From a virus: 64,000 nt of DNA. The position numbers and the translations under genes are program-made. A model generated the notes under the pieces. That model searched no databases, was not told the origin of the DNA, and worked only from the letters and a program-made list of their open reading frames with translations. The stretch is taken from IMG/VR virus record IMGVR_UViG_3300025626_001351, positions 5,816 through 69,815 of that record, one strand, 5' to 3'. Of the stretch, positions 29,910 through 38,508 are shown piece after piece (positions within the stretch are counted from its first letter, which is position 1; each line of letters begins with the position of its first letter).

Positions 29910-31035
29910 CGAAATCTGTTAATTCAATATTATCAATATTTGACTCTTTACTTGATTCTTTGTAAGCCATAACATATGATTCACAAATTTTCTCGTAAAT
30001 ACTTGTTTTCAACTCTGGTCTATCTTCCAATAGCTTTTCAAAGTTCTTAGCTTGGAATTTAAGTTCCTCACCAGTTTCTGTATCTACATATGTGTACCAA
30101 GCACCTGCGATGTCTACCAATTTATAGGTTTTCATCATTTGTAACCATGAACCATAGTTGTCGATACCTCTATCAAAGTAGATATCATAATCTACTGAGC
30201 GTAGTGGTGGCCCCATACGATTCTTAATTACTTGTGCACGAGTCTTAATACCCACAACTTGGTCAACTCCACCAATTTTGGATTTAAGTTGTCCCATTTG
30301 CTTTAACCTTAATCTACACGATGAATGAAAAGCGATTGCTTTACCACCACTTGTAGTCCAAGGGTCACCAAATGATACACCTAAACGAGTCCTTAATTGA
30401 TTTGTAAAGATTAACGAAATTCGTTCTCTACCAATAAGATTAGTAACCTTTCTCATAGCTTTGGAAATAATAATAGCTTTCTGAGTAGCATAACCAGCTT
30501 GGTCATAATCAGCTGATAACTCAACCTTAGTTGATGCACCAGCCACAGAGTCTACTACTATTGTTACTAATTTCTTCTTATCAGAACTTCTTACAGATTC
30601 TATAATAGAGTCAATTGCTTCGAATATATCTTCTACTGATTCAAGAGGGACGTATAACATTTTTTGAATGTCAATTCCAATAGCTTGTAAAAACTCAGTA
30701 TTACATGCATTCTCAGTATCTATATAGACACCAAGTCCACCTTGTCTTTGAGTATCTGCTATTGCGTGTGCAGCTAATAGTGATTTACCACTTCCTTCTA
30801 AACCAGTAATCTCAGTAATACGACCTACGGGTAATCCACCATTAGGTCTATTTGAGATTGCCAAATCTAACATTGGAGAACCTGTCGAAACCCACCCATC
30901 AAGGTCAGTTGGAGTTTGTTCCCCACCATCCAAGAAGTAAGCCACCTTATTGGCGGACTTAAACTTCTTGTTTAGATTGGTAGCTAAGATTGAAGATAGT
31001 TCATCACGAACTGATTCTTTCTTCTTCTTTGCCAT
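29902..31035 (-). CDS. recA: RecA/UvsX recombinase
   Basis: STGSPMLD, GGLPVGRITEITGLEGSGKS, YIDTE, VVDSVA, FTNQLR, TTSGG. Confidence 0.92.
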   Translation of the reverse strand: MAKKKKESVRDELSSILATNLNKKFKSANKVAYFLDGGEQTPTDLDGWVSTGSPMLDLAISNRPNGGLPVGRITEITGLEGSGKSLLAAHAIADTQRQGGLGVYIDTENACNTEFLQAIGIDIQKMLYVPLESVEDIFEAIDSIIESVRSSDKKKLVTIVVDSVAGASTKVELSADYDQAGYATQKAIIISKAMRKVTNLIGRERISLIFTNQLRTRLGVSFGDPWTTSGGKAIAFHSSCRLRLKQMGQLKSKIGGVDQVVGIKTRAQVIKNRMGPPLRSVDYDIYFDRGIDNYGSWLQMMKTYKLVDIAGAWYTYVDTETGEELKFQAKNFEKLLEDRPELKTSIYEKICESYVMAYKESSKESNIDNIELTDFDA

Positions 31036-31038
31036 ATG

Positions 31039-31800
31039 TTAGTTATTGAATAAATCGTCAAATGCTTCCTTTACATTAGATGCAGGAGAGGTAGCTTTTG
31101 TTTCGGTTTGAGTTTCAGCTTTTGGTTCTTGTTTCTTATCAGTAACTTCACCAGTATCTAACCATTCTTTCAACATTCCTTCCATTTCCTCATAAGAAAC
31201 TTTTTTGAACATTGATGGTAGTTCGATTTGGTCTTTTACAGATTCTAAAACAGCCTTATCTTCAGAAATAGCCGTAGTATTAGGTTTAACTCTAATATAC
31301 GTCTCTGGATAAGTTTTTCCTAACTCTGCAGCAGTTTTGAATTCTACTGTGATATCTCTACCATTAACAGGGTCAGTTAAATCACCATAATCTGGGTCAG
31401 CGAAGAATCCAAGAAGTTCTTGGTAAACATTCTTACCGAATCCCCAAAACTTAACACCTTCTGACTCTTCACCTCTAACGATAACAGGAACATAAGTTCT
31501 CATTTTCGGAGTTAGTTTTCGAGAAAGTTGGTAATCATCTCTACTACCTGTTGATTTCAACTTTTCAGCGAACTCTAAGATAGGGTCTGCTTCACCATGT
31601 GAACTTGGAGAGATAATGTTCTTACCACCAAATCCAAAATGGAAAAATAGTTCAATAAACGGGTTAGAGGGATTGTGAATGTAAGGTAAAATCCTTACTT
31701 GTTGTTTGCCTGGCTGTGGTTTCCACAGGTTATCGGTCTTTGTAACTTTTGTCTGAAGTGTATTCAGACGGTTTCTGATTGCATTTAAATCAATTGCCAT
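31039..31800 (-). CDS. Single-stranded DNA-binding protein (gp32-like)
   Basis: WKP..VRILP, VKFWGFGK, DLTDPVNGRD; acidic C-terminus FDDLF. Confidence 0.8.
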   Translation of the reverse strand: MAIDLNAIRNRLNTLQTKVTKTDNLWKPQPGKQQVRILPYIHNPSNPFIELFFHFGFGGKNIISPSSHGEADPILEFAEKLKSTGSRDDYQLSRKLTPKMRTYVPVIVRGEESEGVKFWGFGKNVYQELLGFFADPDYGDLTDPVNGRDITVEFKTAAELGKTYPETYIRVKPNTTAISEDKAVLESVKDQIELPSMFKKVSYEEMEGMLKEWLDTGEVTDKKQEPKAETQTETKATSPASNVKEAFDDLFNN

Positions 31801-31839
31801 AATTTGCTCTTTTTTAATTATTAATTATTAACTATGTCA

Positions 31840-31871
31840 CTAATATACAACATTTGGGTGACAATACCAAA
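31840..31871 (-). promoter_or_regulatory. Bacteroidota-type sigma70 promoter (SSB-RecA-exonuclease)
   Basis: TTTG-N20-TATATTAG. Confidence 0.8.
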
Positions 31872-31963
31872 TGTATTCTTAATTATTTTTTATTTTTTTC
31901 AAATTAGTGGTATTTTCGTTACCGAACCACTCTATTATATATATCAAAATATATTTTAAAAAC

Positions 31964-32797
31964 TTAATGTTCTTTAATAATTCTATTACTTTCCCCATTT
32001 TTATTCAGCTTACCATTATCCAACAACAAGGCCCATGACGAGTCTTCAAATAAAGTTAGGTTTTTCTTTAAATACGTTTCTCCAAATACAGTTTTAAGTG
32101 CTTCATGAACACCATCAAAACGTTGACCAAAGTCATGTCCTGACAAAATGTATTTGGTTTTTCTGTAAAACATATGAATATCGTTTAATACTGAATCGTA
32201 ATCGTGTGCTGCGTCTATATAGGTTACATCAAAGTACTCATCAGGAAAATGAATGTCACCATTTCCGACTTCATATGAATATTTTTTAATATATTTAAGT
32301 TGATTACGATGATGTCTTGTATTCAGTGCGAATTCAGTTTTTACATTATCCCAATTTCTACCAGACATTTGATTATACTCTTCATAACCACTATGTGGGT
32401 CTATTGCTATTATCTCATCAAATAAACCACTTGATGCAATCATATGAGTCGATTCACCCATATAACTTCCAATTTCACAAAAACGTCTTTTATTTTCAGG
32501 TCTAACACCCCAACCAGCTCCATATTGTGATGTATCTGGTTTATTTTGATAAAATCGGTCTATATAGTGAATAAATGATGTGAATCCAATATATTGTGGA
32601 TTACGTCTAACTTCCCATGAAGGTGATTTTTTTCTCCACTCTTTTGGTGGGTTAAATCTTAACGTTTTACCTTCATTTGCTAAATCATTAGTAGTTGTAT
32701 CAGGAGATGGGGATTCCCATTCATTAGCTGTATTAGGATGGTCTTGCACCTCAATTGGAGTCCAATTAGTACTTATGTTTGTAACTTCTTGTTGCAT
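31964..32797 (-). CDS. Class I SAM methyltransferase (Methyltransf_24-like)
   Basis: EIGSYMGES, AIDP, YIDAAHDYDSV, GHDF. Confidence 0.75.
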   Translation of the reverse strand: MQQEVTNISTNWTPIEVQDHPNTANEWESPSPDTTTNDLANEGKTLRFNPPKEWRKKSPSWEVRRNPQYIGFTSFIHYIDRFYQNKPDTSQYGAGWGVRPENKRRFCEIGSYMGESTHMIASSGLFDEIIAIDPHSGYEEYNQMSGRNWDNVKTEFALNTRHHRNQLKYIKKYSYEVGNGDIHFPDEYFDVTYIDAAHDYDSVLNDIHMFYRKTKYILSGHDFGQRFDGVHEALKTVFGETYLKKNLTLFEDSSWALLLDNGKLNKNGESNRIIKEH

Positions 32798-32802
32798 TAA
32801 GT

Positions 32803-33192
32803 TTAATTTACGTTTACTATTCTAAATAAACTTGTTTTTAAGATTTTATGGCCAAGACCATCTGTTAAAATTACTGAATTTTTGTAATCTTCCCAAGAGA
32901 CTTGGTATTTCTTATCAAGTACTCCACCATTTAGATTTGTTATTAATCTATTTAGAGCGTTGATTGTATATATTGTATTAGATTCCTTTTTACGATGTGT
33001 TAATATCGTGTTTGGAAGGAATTTACTATCTTCTGTTGGTATAATGTTGTAACTCACTACTAATTCTTTTGATGGGTCAAGTTTAAGTATAAATATTTTT
33101 CTACTATAAAGTTCAAAATTAGATTGAACGTCATGTAATACTTTTTCGAAATCAGATTCATTAGTAAATGTACATAATAATTGTGTTCTCAC
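32803..33192 (-). CDS. Hypothetical phage protein
   Basis: 129-aa ORF with GTG start; no function recognised. Confidence 0.6.
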   Translation of the reverse strand: MRTQLLCTFTNESDFEKVLHDVQSNFELYSRKIFILKLDPSKELVVSYNIIPTEDSKFLPNTILTHRKKESNTIYTINALNRLITNLNGGVLDKKYQVSWEDYKNSVILTDGLGHKILKTSLFRIVNVN

Positions 33193-33202
33193 TCATCTCT
33201 CC

Positions 33203-35293
33203 CTATATCTTTAAAGCAGATTTTACTTTACCTAATGAAAGTTCTTGTGTACCTTCAAAGTTGTAACTATATCTACCAGTTGAATTTGTTCCCATTCTAA
33301 ATTGTGAATATTTTAAATCACCCGTAGTTTCGTTTATACCACTTAACCCATATCCAGCTATGGTAAAATATGGACCTGATTTAGAATTTGCTCTTAAGTA
33401 AAATACAACTGTATCTGATAAATCTTTAGCTAATTTATTTTGAATAAATGTTTCTGAACCTGGATATGCGGTAAATGCCGTTCCTTTACCATCTTTATCT
33501 AAACCGAATACTTTGTATAAAGGTAATGTTGTTTTACCATACACCATTTCTTTTTCCAACTCTACTAATTGTGAATATAGTGTTTTAGCATCACCAGTTA
33601 AATCACCCAATATACTTTTCAGTACAATTGCTGATTGGAAGTTTGTCAGTAGTTTAGCCACATCATCTTTAGTTACGGGCGCAGTTAATGCAAGTTTTGA
33701 ATATCCTTTAAAATAGAATGCTGGATTAGCCATTGAAGCTTTTACCAATGAACCCATTTCTTTATTAACATTATCTACTAATTTATTTAATACATTTTGG
33801 TTTTTTGCAATTGTATCAAACGAATCCCATATTTTTGGCTTCTTAGCTTCATTTAAAATACCTTCATGTAATCCTGCTTTAAATAATTCCTTCTCTAATC
33901 TCTTAACATCAGATTTTGGAGATTTTTTGAATCCCTTTTCCATCTTTTTTAAGAATCCACTTAAGAACGAACCTAATTTAGATATTTTTTCTAATAATTT
34001 AGAACCTAAACTTTTTATGAAGGTAACTCCTTTATTTAGAAAATCTCTTAAACCTTCATCTAATTGAACGGACTCTAATGCTAACTTCTTAACATCAGCT
34101 GAATCTAATAAACCATACTTATCTTTTAAGAAACCATATATCTTACCTAATTGAGCTGCACCTTTACCTTTTTTAAGAGATACTTGTAAAAACTTAATAT
34201 TTGTTCCTTTTATAGTACAAACACCTTTTTTATCGTATTCAACAGGTAACCCCTCATTTAGTTTAGATATAAGTTCAGAACCTGGCACATTACATACAAC
34301 ACAATCGGCTGTATTATCTTTTACACCATCTACTAACTCAGAACGTTCTGTTGCTGAGTAGTATCCTTTAATATTTTTATGAATTAGGTATGGAGTTTTA
34401 AATGGTAGAATTCCTTGTGTAAATTTAGTCATACCTGCCATTAACTGAGCTATCATAAAATAATCACCCAATGGCATTGAATCTAATTTACTTAAAATAG
34501 CATCTGGTTTAGCGTAGTCTCCACTACTCCCTAATGCTTTAATAAATCTATTTTTTACTGATTTAGTTACCTTTGCTAAATCCTCTTCAGTTTTAGCACT
34601 ATCTAACTCCTTAAGAATACCAACACCATTTACATATAATCCCATACATGCCGCAGTTTCCATTGTATCTGTATCAAAGTTTACATCAGTTGCCGATGCA
34701 CCTTTTTTCATTTTACCAAATAAAGATTGTATGTTTTTATCACTTGCCGTAATAATATAGTTTTTACCAGTATCATCAGCTGAGACATATACCGTTCTAC
34801 CACTATTAATTTTTACCTCGATACCATCATCTGTTGGTGATATTTTATTAAATGGGCCTTTAGGTACTCTTGTAGATGGTGGTAACCCCATTTTGAACAA
34901 ATCTGCAGTATTCTTAAGTGGTAAAAATTTATCACCTACTGAATATTTGTTATCGTATATTGAAGCTTCACTAAGGATTTGACCTAATTCAATTAATAAG
35001 TTTTCTTTTAAATTATCTTTTGATTTTAATTCATCTCGCTCAGCAGCTGTCATCATTGCATACTTTTCATCTTCAAGCTCTTTTTCATCACCTGAGTCAG
35101 GACGTTCTTCGGCATTTTTACCAATTTCTTCTAAATATGCTTTGGCGAAGTCAGCGTCAACTTCATCTGAAAGTATCTCGTATAGTGATTTTAAAAATTC
35201 TTCAGTATATACACCTTCAAATAATTTAGTGTCTATCTGATGATATACTTTTTTAAGTACTTTGTCTATAAATGATGTCTTGGAGTTCTTCAT
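33203..35293 (-). CDS. Large hypothetical protein, candidate internal head protein
   Basis: 696 aa; preceded by the TATTTATA motif; many L-x-E-(G/A/S/N) sites. Confidence 0.5.
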   Translation of the reverse strand: MKNSKTSFIDKVLKKVYHQIDTKLFEGVYTEEFLKSLYEILSDEVDADFAKAYLEEIGKNAEERPDSGDEKELEDEKYAMMTAAERDELKSKDNLKENLLIELGQILSEASIYDNKYSVGDKFLPLKNTADLFKMGLPPSTRVPKGPFNKISPTDDGIEVKINSGRTVYVSADDTGKNYIITASDKNIQSLFGKMKKGASATDVNFDTDTMETAACMGLYVNGVGILKELDSAKTEEDLAKVTKSVKNRFIKALGSSGDYAKPDAILSKLDSMPLGDYFMIAQLMAGMTKFTQGILPFKTPYLIHKNIKGYYSATERSELVDGVKDNTADCVVCNVPGSELISKLNEGLPVEYDKKGVCTIKGTNIKFLQVSLKKGKGAAQLGKIYGFLKDKYGLLDSADVKKLALESVQLDEGLRDFLNKGVTFIKSLGSKLLEKISKLGSFLSGFLKKMEKGFKKSPKSDVKRLEKELFKAGLHEGILNEAKKPKIWDSFDTIAKNQNVLNKLVDNVNKEMGSLVKASMANPAFYFKGYSKLALTAPVTKDDVAKLLTNFQSAIVLKSILGDLTGDAKTLYSQLVELEKEMVYGKTTLPLYKVFGLDKDGKGTAFTAYPGSETFIQNKLAKDLSDTVVFYLRANSKSGPYFTIAGYGLSGINETTGDLKYSQFRMGTNSTGRYSYNFEGTQELSLGKVKSALKI

Positions 35294-35296
35294 AAC

Positions 35297-35304
35297 TATA
35301 AATA
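35297..35304 (-). promoter_or_regulatory. Putative late promoter TATTTATA
   Basis: 3 nt upstream of ATG 35293. Confidence 0.55.
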
Positions 35305-35305
35305 T

Positions 35306-36532
35306 CTAAATATTGGACTTAACCATGTGTCCGTAATTATTACCTATTTCTAAATCTGTTGGAAACCCATCCATTTCCATTAATCTTTTTACTTCTAATA
35401 TATAATCGTTATCAGATGGGTGGACATCAAATAATATAGAATCATATGTGTACAATACAGGTATGGATTGTTGACCCATATCTAAACGATGTAACTTATC
35501 TAATATAAGTATGTTTCTTTCAGTCTCAACCGATTGTAAGATGTAATTAAATAGTTTATTTTTATTAAGTGAGTCGTTTATTTCTATTTTCCGGCTCATA
35601 ATTGGTGTATTTGTGAATCGATTACGCAAAAAGTCCATCCATAGTGAGTTTATATACTCAGATGTTTTTCTGAAAAAGGGAATGTGGTAATATTCGTCCT
35701 CTACTCCACCATATAGTTGTCTAAATGTGATTGCTTTTGCTTGACTTATATCTTTACCATATTGATTTGCCAACCACGCATGTGCTTTTATATCTAATGG
35801 GATATCTACCCCTATTAATTTAGCAATTAGTCGTAGGTGATACCCATCAAAATCCAATTGGTATAATTTACCACCCTCAAATCTTGATATAAATCTGTCT
35901 CTAACCCCACCATCTTTTTTTAATGCTGCGTAATTAACCCCATCAAATGTATTTGAAGGTCTTGATGTTGTCGTAAGTGTATTATATTGAGTATATTCAG
36001 TTGTATGTAAATCCGTATAAAGTCCATTCTTTTCAACCCATTGTAATGCTTTCACATATAGTTGTGAGAATTTAGAAATTTTTGAGTCGACAAAAAGTTT
36101 CTTCCAATCTTCGAATTGTTCATAGTGTTTCCAAATTGGAATAAGGTCGTTTGCTTTAGGTGCTTGTCGTCTTCTGAATATAGTGTAGATAGGTTTCTCC
36201 TCTACATCAAAGTTTTTAGCTTGCCAAAACAACGACATTTCCAAATCATGCATATTTGGTAAAAAATCATAATGATATAGAAAGTCCTTCATACCTACTA
36301 TGTACACTTCGCTGAATTGACTAAAGTCTACCATTTCATCGACAACATCTGCATCAATGTTATGATAGTTAATAAAGAGGTCTAAGACCCCATCTGATAA
36401 TATTAATGAAGATATCCTTGATAACTTAGGATGTTTGTCTAAGCTCGTTAAAATAGGGTACACGAGCACCTTTTCCCTTTGGAGTTGGGAAATGTGTTTA
36501 TTAAGTTGTTTTTGACTATCTACAATTTTCAT
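35306..36532 (-). CDS. Divergent short family A DNA polymerase
   Basis: TTTSRPSN, motif A LDFDGYHLRL, motif B AKAITFRQLYG, NYILQS, motif C LYTYDSILFD. Confidence 0.75.
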   Translation of the reverse strand: MKIVDSQKQLNKHISQLQREKVLVYPILTSLDKHPKLSRISSLILSDGVLDLFINYHNIDADVVDEMVDFSQFSEVYIVGMKDFLYHYDFLPNMHDLEMSLFWQAKNFDVEEKPIYTIFRRRQAPKANDLIPIWKHYEQFEDWKKLFVDSKISKFSQLYVKALQWVEKNGLYTDLHTTEYTQYNTLTTTSRPSNTFDGVNYAALKKDGGVRDRFISRFEGGKLYQLDFDGYHLRLIAKLIGVDIPLDIKAHAWLANQYGKDISQAKAITFRQLYGGVEDEYYHIPFFRKTSEYINSLWMDFLRNRFTNTPIMSRKIEINDSLNKNKLFNYILQSVETERNILILDKLHRLDMGQQSIPVLYTYDSILFDVHPSDNDYILEVKRLMEMDGFPTDLEIGNNYGHMVKSNI

Positions 36533-36538
36533 TACTAA

Positions 36539-36569
36539 CTAATATACGAAAAATAAATGAGACTACAAG
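36539..36569 (-). promoter_or_regulatory. Bacteroidota-type sigma70 promoter (PolA-like gene)
   Basis: CTTG-N19-TATATTAG; ATG 6 nt downstream. Confidence 0.7.
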
Positions 36570-36586
36570 TATTTTTACACTTATTT

Positions 36587-36841
36587 TTAATAAATTCGTG
36601 CATCGGTGATATTGTAATTGTATAAAATACCACAATCATCATCTTCATCAACAATATTTTCGGTAACCTTACAATAATGTGGTAGTATTTCTTGTAAACC
36701 TTCGAAATCTACTTTTTGCCAATATCCAAATCTAAGTGTTATTCCCTTACCTCTTGTAAAGTAAGCATCATATCCGATTTCAAAATCAGATGAACCATAC
36801 CACTCTTTTATTTCTTTAAATTTTTTATATCCTAATCTCAT
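36587..36841 (-). CDS. Small hypothetical protein
   Basis: 84-aa ORF in the early-gene array. Confidence 0.6.
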   Translation of the reverse strand: MRLGYKKFKEIKEWYGSSDFEIGYDAYFTRGKGITLRFGYWQKVDFEGLQEILPHYCKVTENIVDEDDDCGILYNYNITDARIY

Positions 36842-37002
36842 ACTACAAATTCATAATTTTCGGATTCCAATGCCATTTCTTTATCATATTCAGAACCATC
36901 TGATAAATTTTGTAATTGCATCATATCGATATACTCTTCGGTTGTTATGTAACCACCATTTACACCTACCCATAGGTCTATTACTAAATTTGTTTTATCC
37001 AT
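36838..37002 (-). CDS. Small acidic hypothetical protein, 54 aa (missing from ORF track)
   Basis: MDKTNLVIDLWVGVNGGYITTEEYIDMM...YEFVV*; A-rich leader; ATGA overlap with the next gene. Confidence 0.6.
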   Translation of the reverse strand: MDKTNLVIDLWVGVNGGYITTEEYIDMMQLQNLSDGSEYDKEMALESENYEFVV

Positions 37003-37020
37003 TTTTTATTATTTTAATTA

Positions 37021-37227
37021 TTATTTATTTTCGGTTTTTTTATCTTCTGGCCAATCAAAGCCTTTTATCCTATTAGTGGTAAGTGCCCATATGAATAGTT
37101 TAGAAAACAATTCATCTGTACTAAAGGACTCTAATTCTTCTTGAGTCAAAGCCATATCTTTTTGGAATGCTCCTATTAATATAGGTAGATATGTACTAAT
37201 AATATATTCTTTTTCTTTACTTACCAT
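37021..37227 (-). CDS. Small hypothetical protein
   Basis: 68-aa ORF, tightly packed with its neighbours. Confidence 0.55.
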   Translation of the reverse strand: MVSKEKEYIISTYLPILIGAFQKDMALTQEELESFSTDELFSKLFIWALTTNRIKGFDWPEDKKTENK

Positions 37228-37549
37228 ATCCTATGAATTCTATGTTAATATCGTTTACAATTTTAAGTTTATTTACAGAGTAATCCCACTCTTCGTTCAA
37301 CCAATAGTTTTGAACATTCTCTAACTCTTTCAAACACTCATCATACAACTCTTCGATTTCATAACCATCACCAAACTTAATACCACCACATAGTGATATC
37401 AAATCGTTTAGTTTATCAAAATCATTTTTGTTATTTTTGATACTGAGTAATATCTCAGCTTTCATCAAATCAGCTACTTTGTCATTGTGGTCATACATTT
37501 CTTTTGACCAAGGTTTTGTAATTTCTATTCCGTATTTCATATTTTTCAT
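37217..37549 (-). CDS. Hypothetical protein
   Basis: 110-aa ORF, tightly packed with its neighbours. Confidence 0.6.
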   Translation of the reverse strand: MKNMKYGIEITKPWSKEMYDHNDKVADLMKAEILLSIKNNKNDFDKLNDLISLCGGIKFGDGYEIEELYDECLKELENVQNYWLNEEWDYSVNKLKIVNDINIEFIGYGK

Positions 37550-37550
37550 T

Positions 37551-37766
37551 TTATCTATACATTGTTACTACTGAACCGAACTTATCATCGAATACTTTGA
37601 TTAGATTCTCATAATCACCACTTCTCATTTCATCCAAAAGTGGTTTGGAATCAACACCCACTTGTTTACAAAGGTTTTTAGCCACACCTAAGATGTAAAA
37701 TGCGTTACCTTGAGGACCTGTCAAATCTATTTCGATTTTTCCGTTATTTTGTTTTTTCTTTATCAT
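37551..37766 (-). CDS. Hypothetical phage protein
   Basis: 71 aa, IDLTGPQGNAF..LG motif. Confidence 0.65.
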   Translation of the reverse strand: MIKKKQNNGKIEIDLTGPQGNAFYILGVAKNLCKQVGVDSKPLLDEMRSGDYENLIKVFDDKFGSVVTMYR

Positions 37767-37769
37767 ATC

Positions 37770-38036
37770 TTAACTTAAAAATAGGTTAGTAGGAACTGAT
37801 ATTCCTTTTTGTTTCTTTATCTGATAAAACACGTTGAAAAATGCTTTGTAAACTTTACCAGCATGCTCTAAGTAATCGGAATTTGGAGATTTCCACATCA
37901 TTTCACCACCATTCATTCGGTGTTTATTAACAACTTTGATTTCATATCCTTTAAGGATTAAATCAACAATCTTTTTTTGAGCCGGAGTAAATTTAACTCC
38001 CTCGATTGATTTTTTAAATTCTTTAATTTTATTCAT
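37770..38036 (-). CDS. Small basic hypothetical protein
   Basis: 88 aa; first gene after the promoter at 38074. Confidence 0.6.
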   Translation of the reverse strand: MNKIKEFKKSIEGVKFTPAQKKIVDLILKGYEIKVVNKHRMNGGEMMWKSPNSDYLEHAGKVYKAFFNVFYQIKKQKGISVPTNLFLS

Positions 38037-38073
38037 TTTTTATTTTTGATTAAACTCTCACTCATTAACTATA

Positions 38074-38129
38074 CTAAAGTACGACAATTAATTGACAATT
38101 CCTAATTTTTAATGTTAAGAAATTGTTAA
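38074..38129 (-). promoter_or_regulatory. Sigma70 promoter plus TTAACA-N5-TTAACA box
   Basis: TTAG-N20-TACTTTAG; direct repeat at 38113-38129. Confidence 0.7.
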
Positions 38130-38134
38130 ATCTT

Positions 38135-38206
38135 TTAGAAGAACATTTTATTCCAAGTTAACCACGATGGTTCGTTTACCGCTTTGGTGTTTTGAAATAC
38201 TGACAT
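38135..38206 (-). CDS. 23-aa micro-ORF (missing from ORF track)
   Basis: MSVFQNTKAVNEPSWLTWNKMFF*; starts 5 nt after the previous stop and ends just before the next promoter block. Confidence 0.4.
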   Translation of the reverse strand: MSVFQNTKAVNEPSWLTWNKMFF

Positions 38207-38211
38207 AACTA

Positions 38212-38403
38212 TTATTTTAAAACTTCAATTACTTTACCAACTTTAACAAAGTCTTCGATAGACAATGTTGACATCCACTCTTCAGACACCTCATCGATGT
38301 GAACACCATTCTCAAGGTCAACTGACCCATCTTCCATTTGTGCGTGAACTAAAAACTCATTGGTGTCAATCACACATCCTACTGATTCTAAACTTACTTT
38401 CAT
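38212..38403 (-). CDS. Small acidic hypothetical protein
   Basis: MKVSLESVG..; ATG 38403 has an A-rich leader (track start 38436). Confidence 0.6.
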   Translation of the reverse strand: MKVSLESVGCVIDTNEFLVHAQMEDGSVDLENGVHIDEVSEEWMSTLSIEDFVKVGKVIEVLK

Positions 38404-38448
38404 AACTTTTAATTTTAGTTGGGATAAAACTCCCACTCATTAACTATA

Positions 38449-38504
38449 CTAAAGTACGAATAATAAATGAGAAATCCAAATAAAAAGTGTTAAAGTTTTG
38501 TTAA
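38449..38504 (-). promoter_or_regulatory. Sigma70 promoter plus TTAACA-N5-TTAACA box
   Basis: TTTG-N20-TACTTTAG; direct repeat at 38488-38504. Confidence 0.75.
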
Positions 38505-38508
38505 AGTT

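Noticed and set aside
16087-31035. Inteins or introns in PolB, NrdA, NrdB, helicase or RecA
   Set aside because: ORFs are continuous, of normal length, and show no splice-junction motifs.
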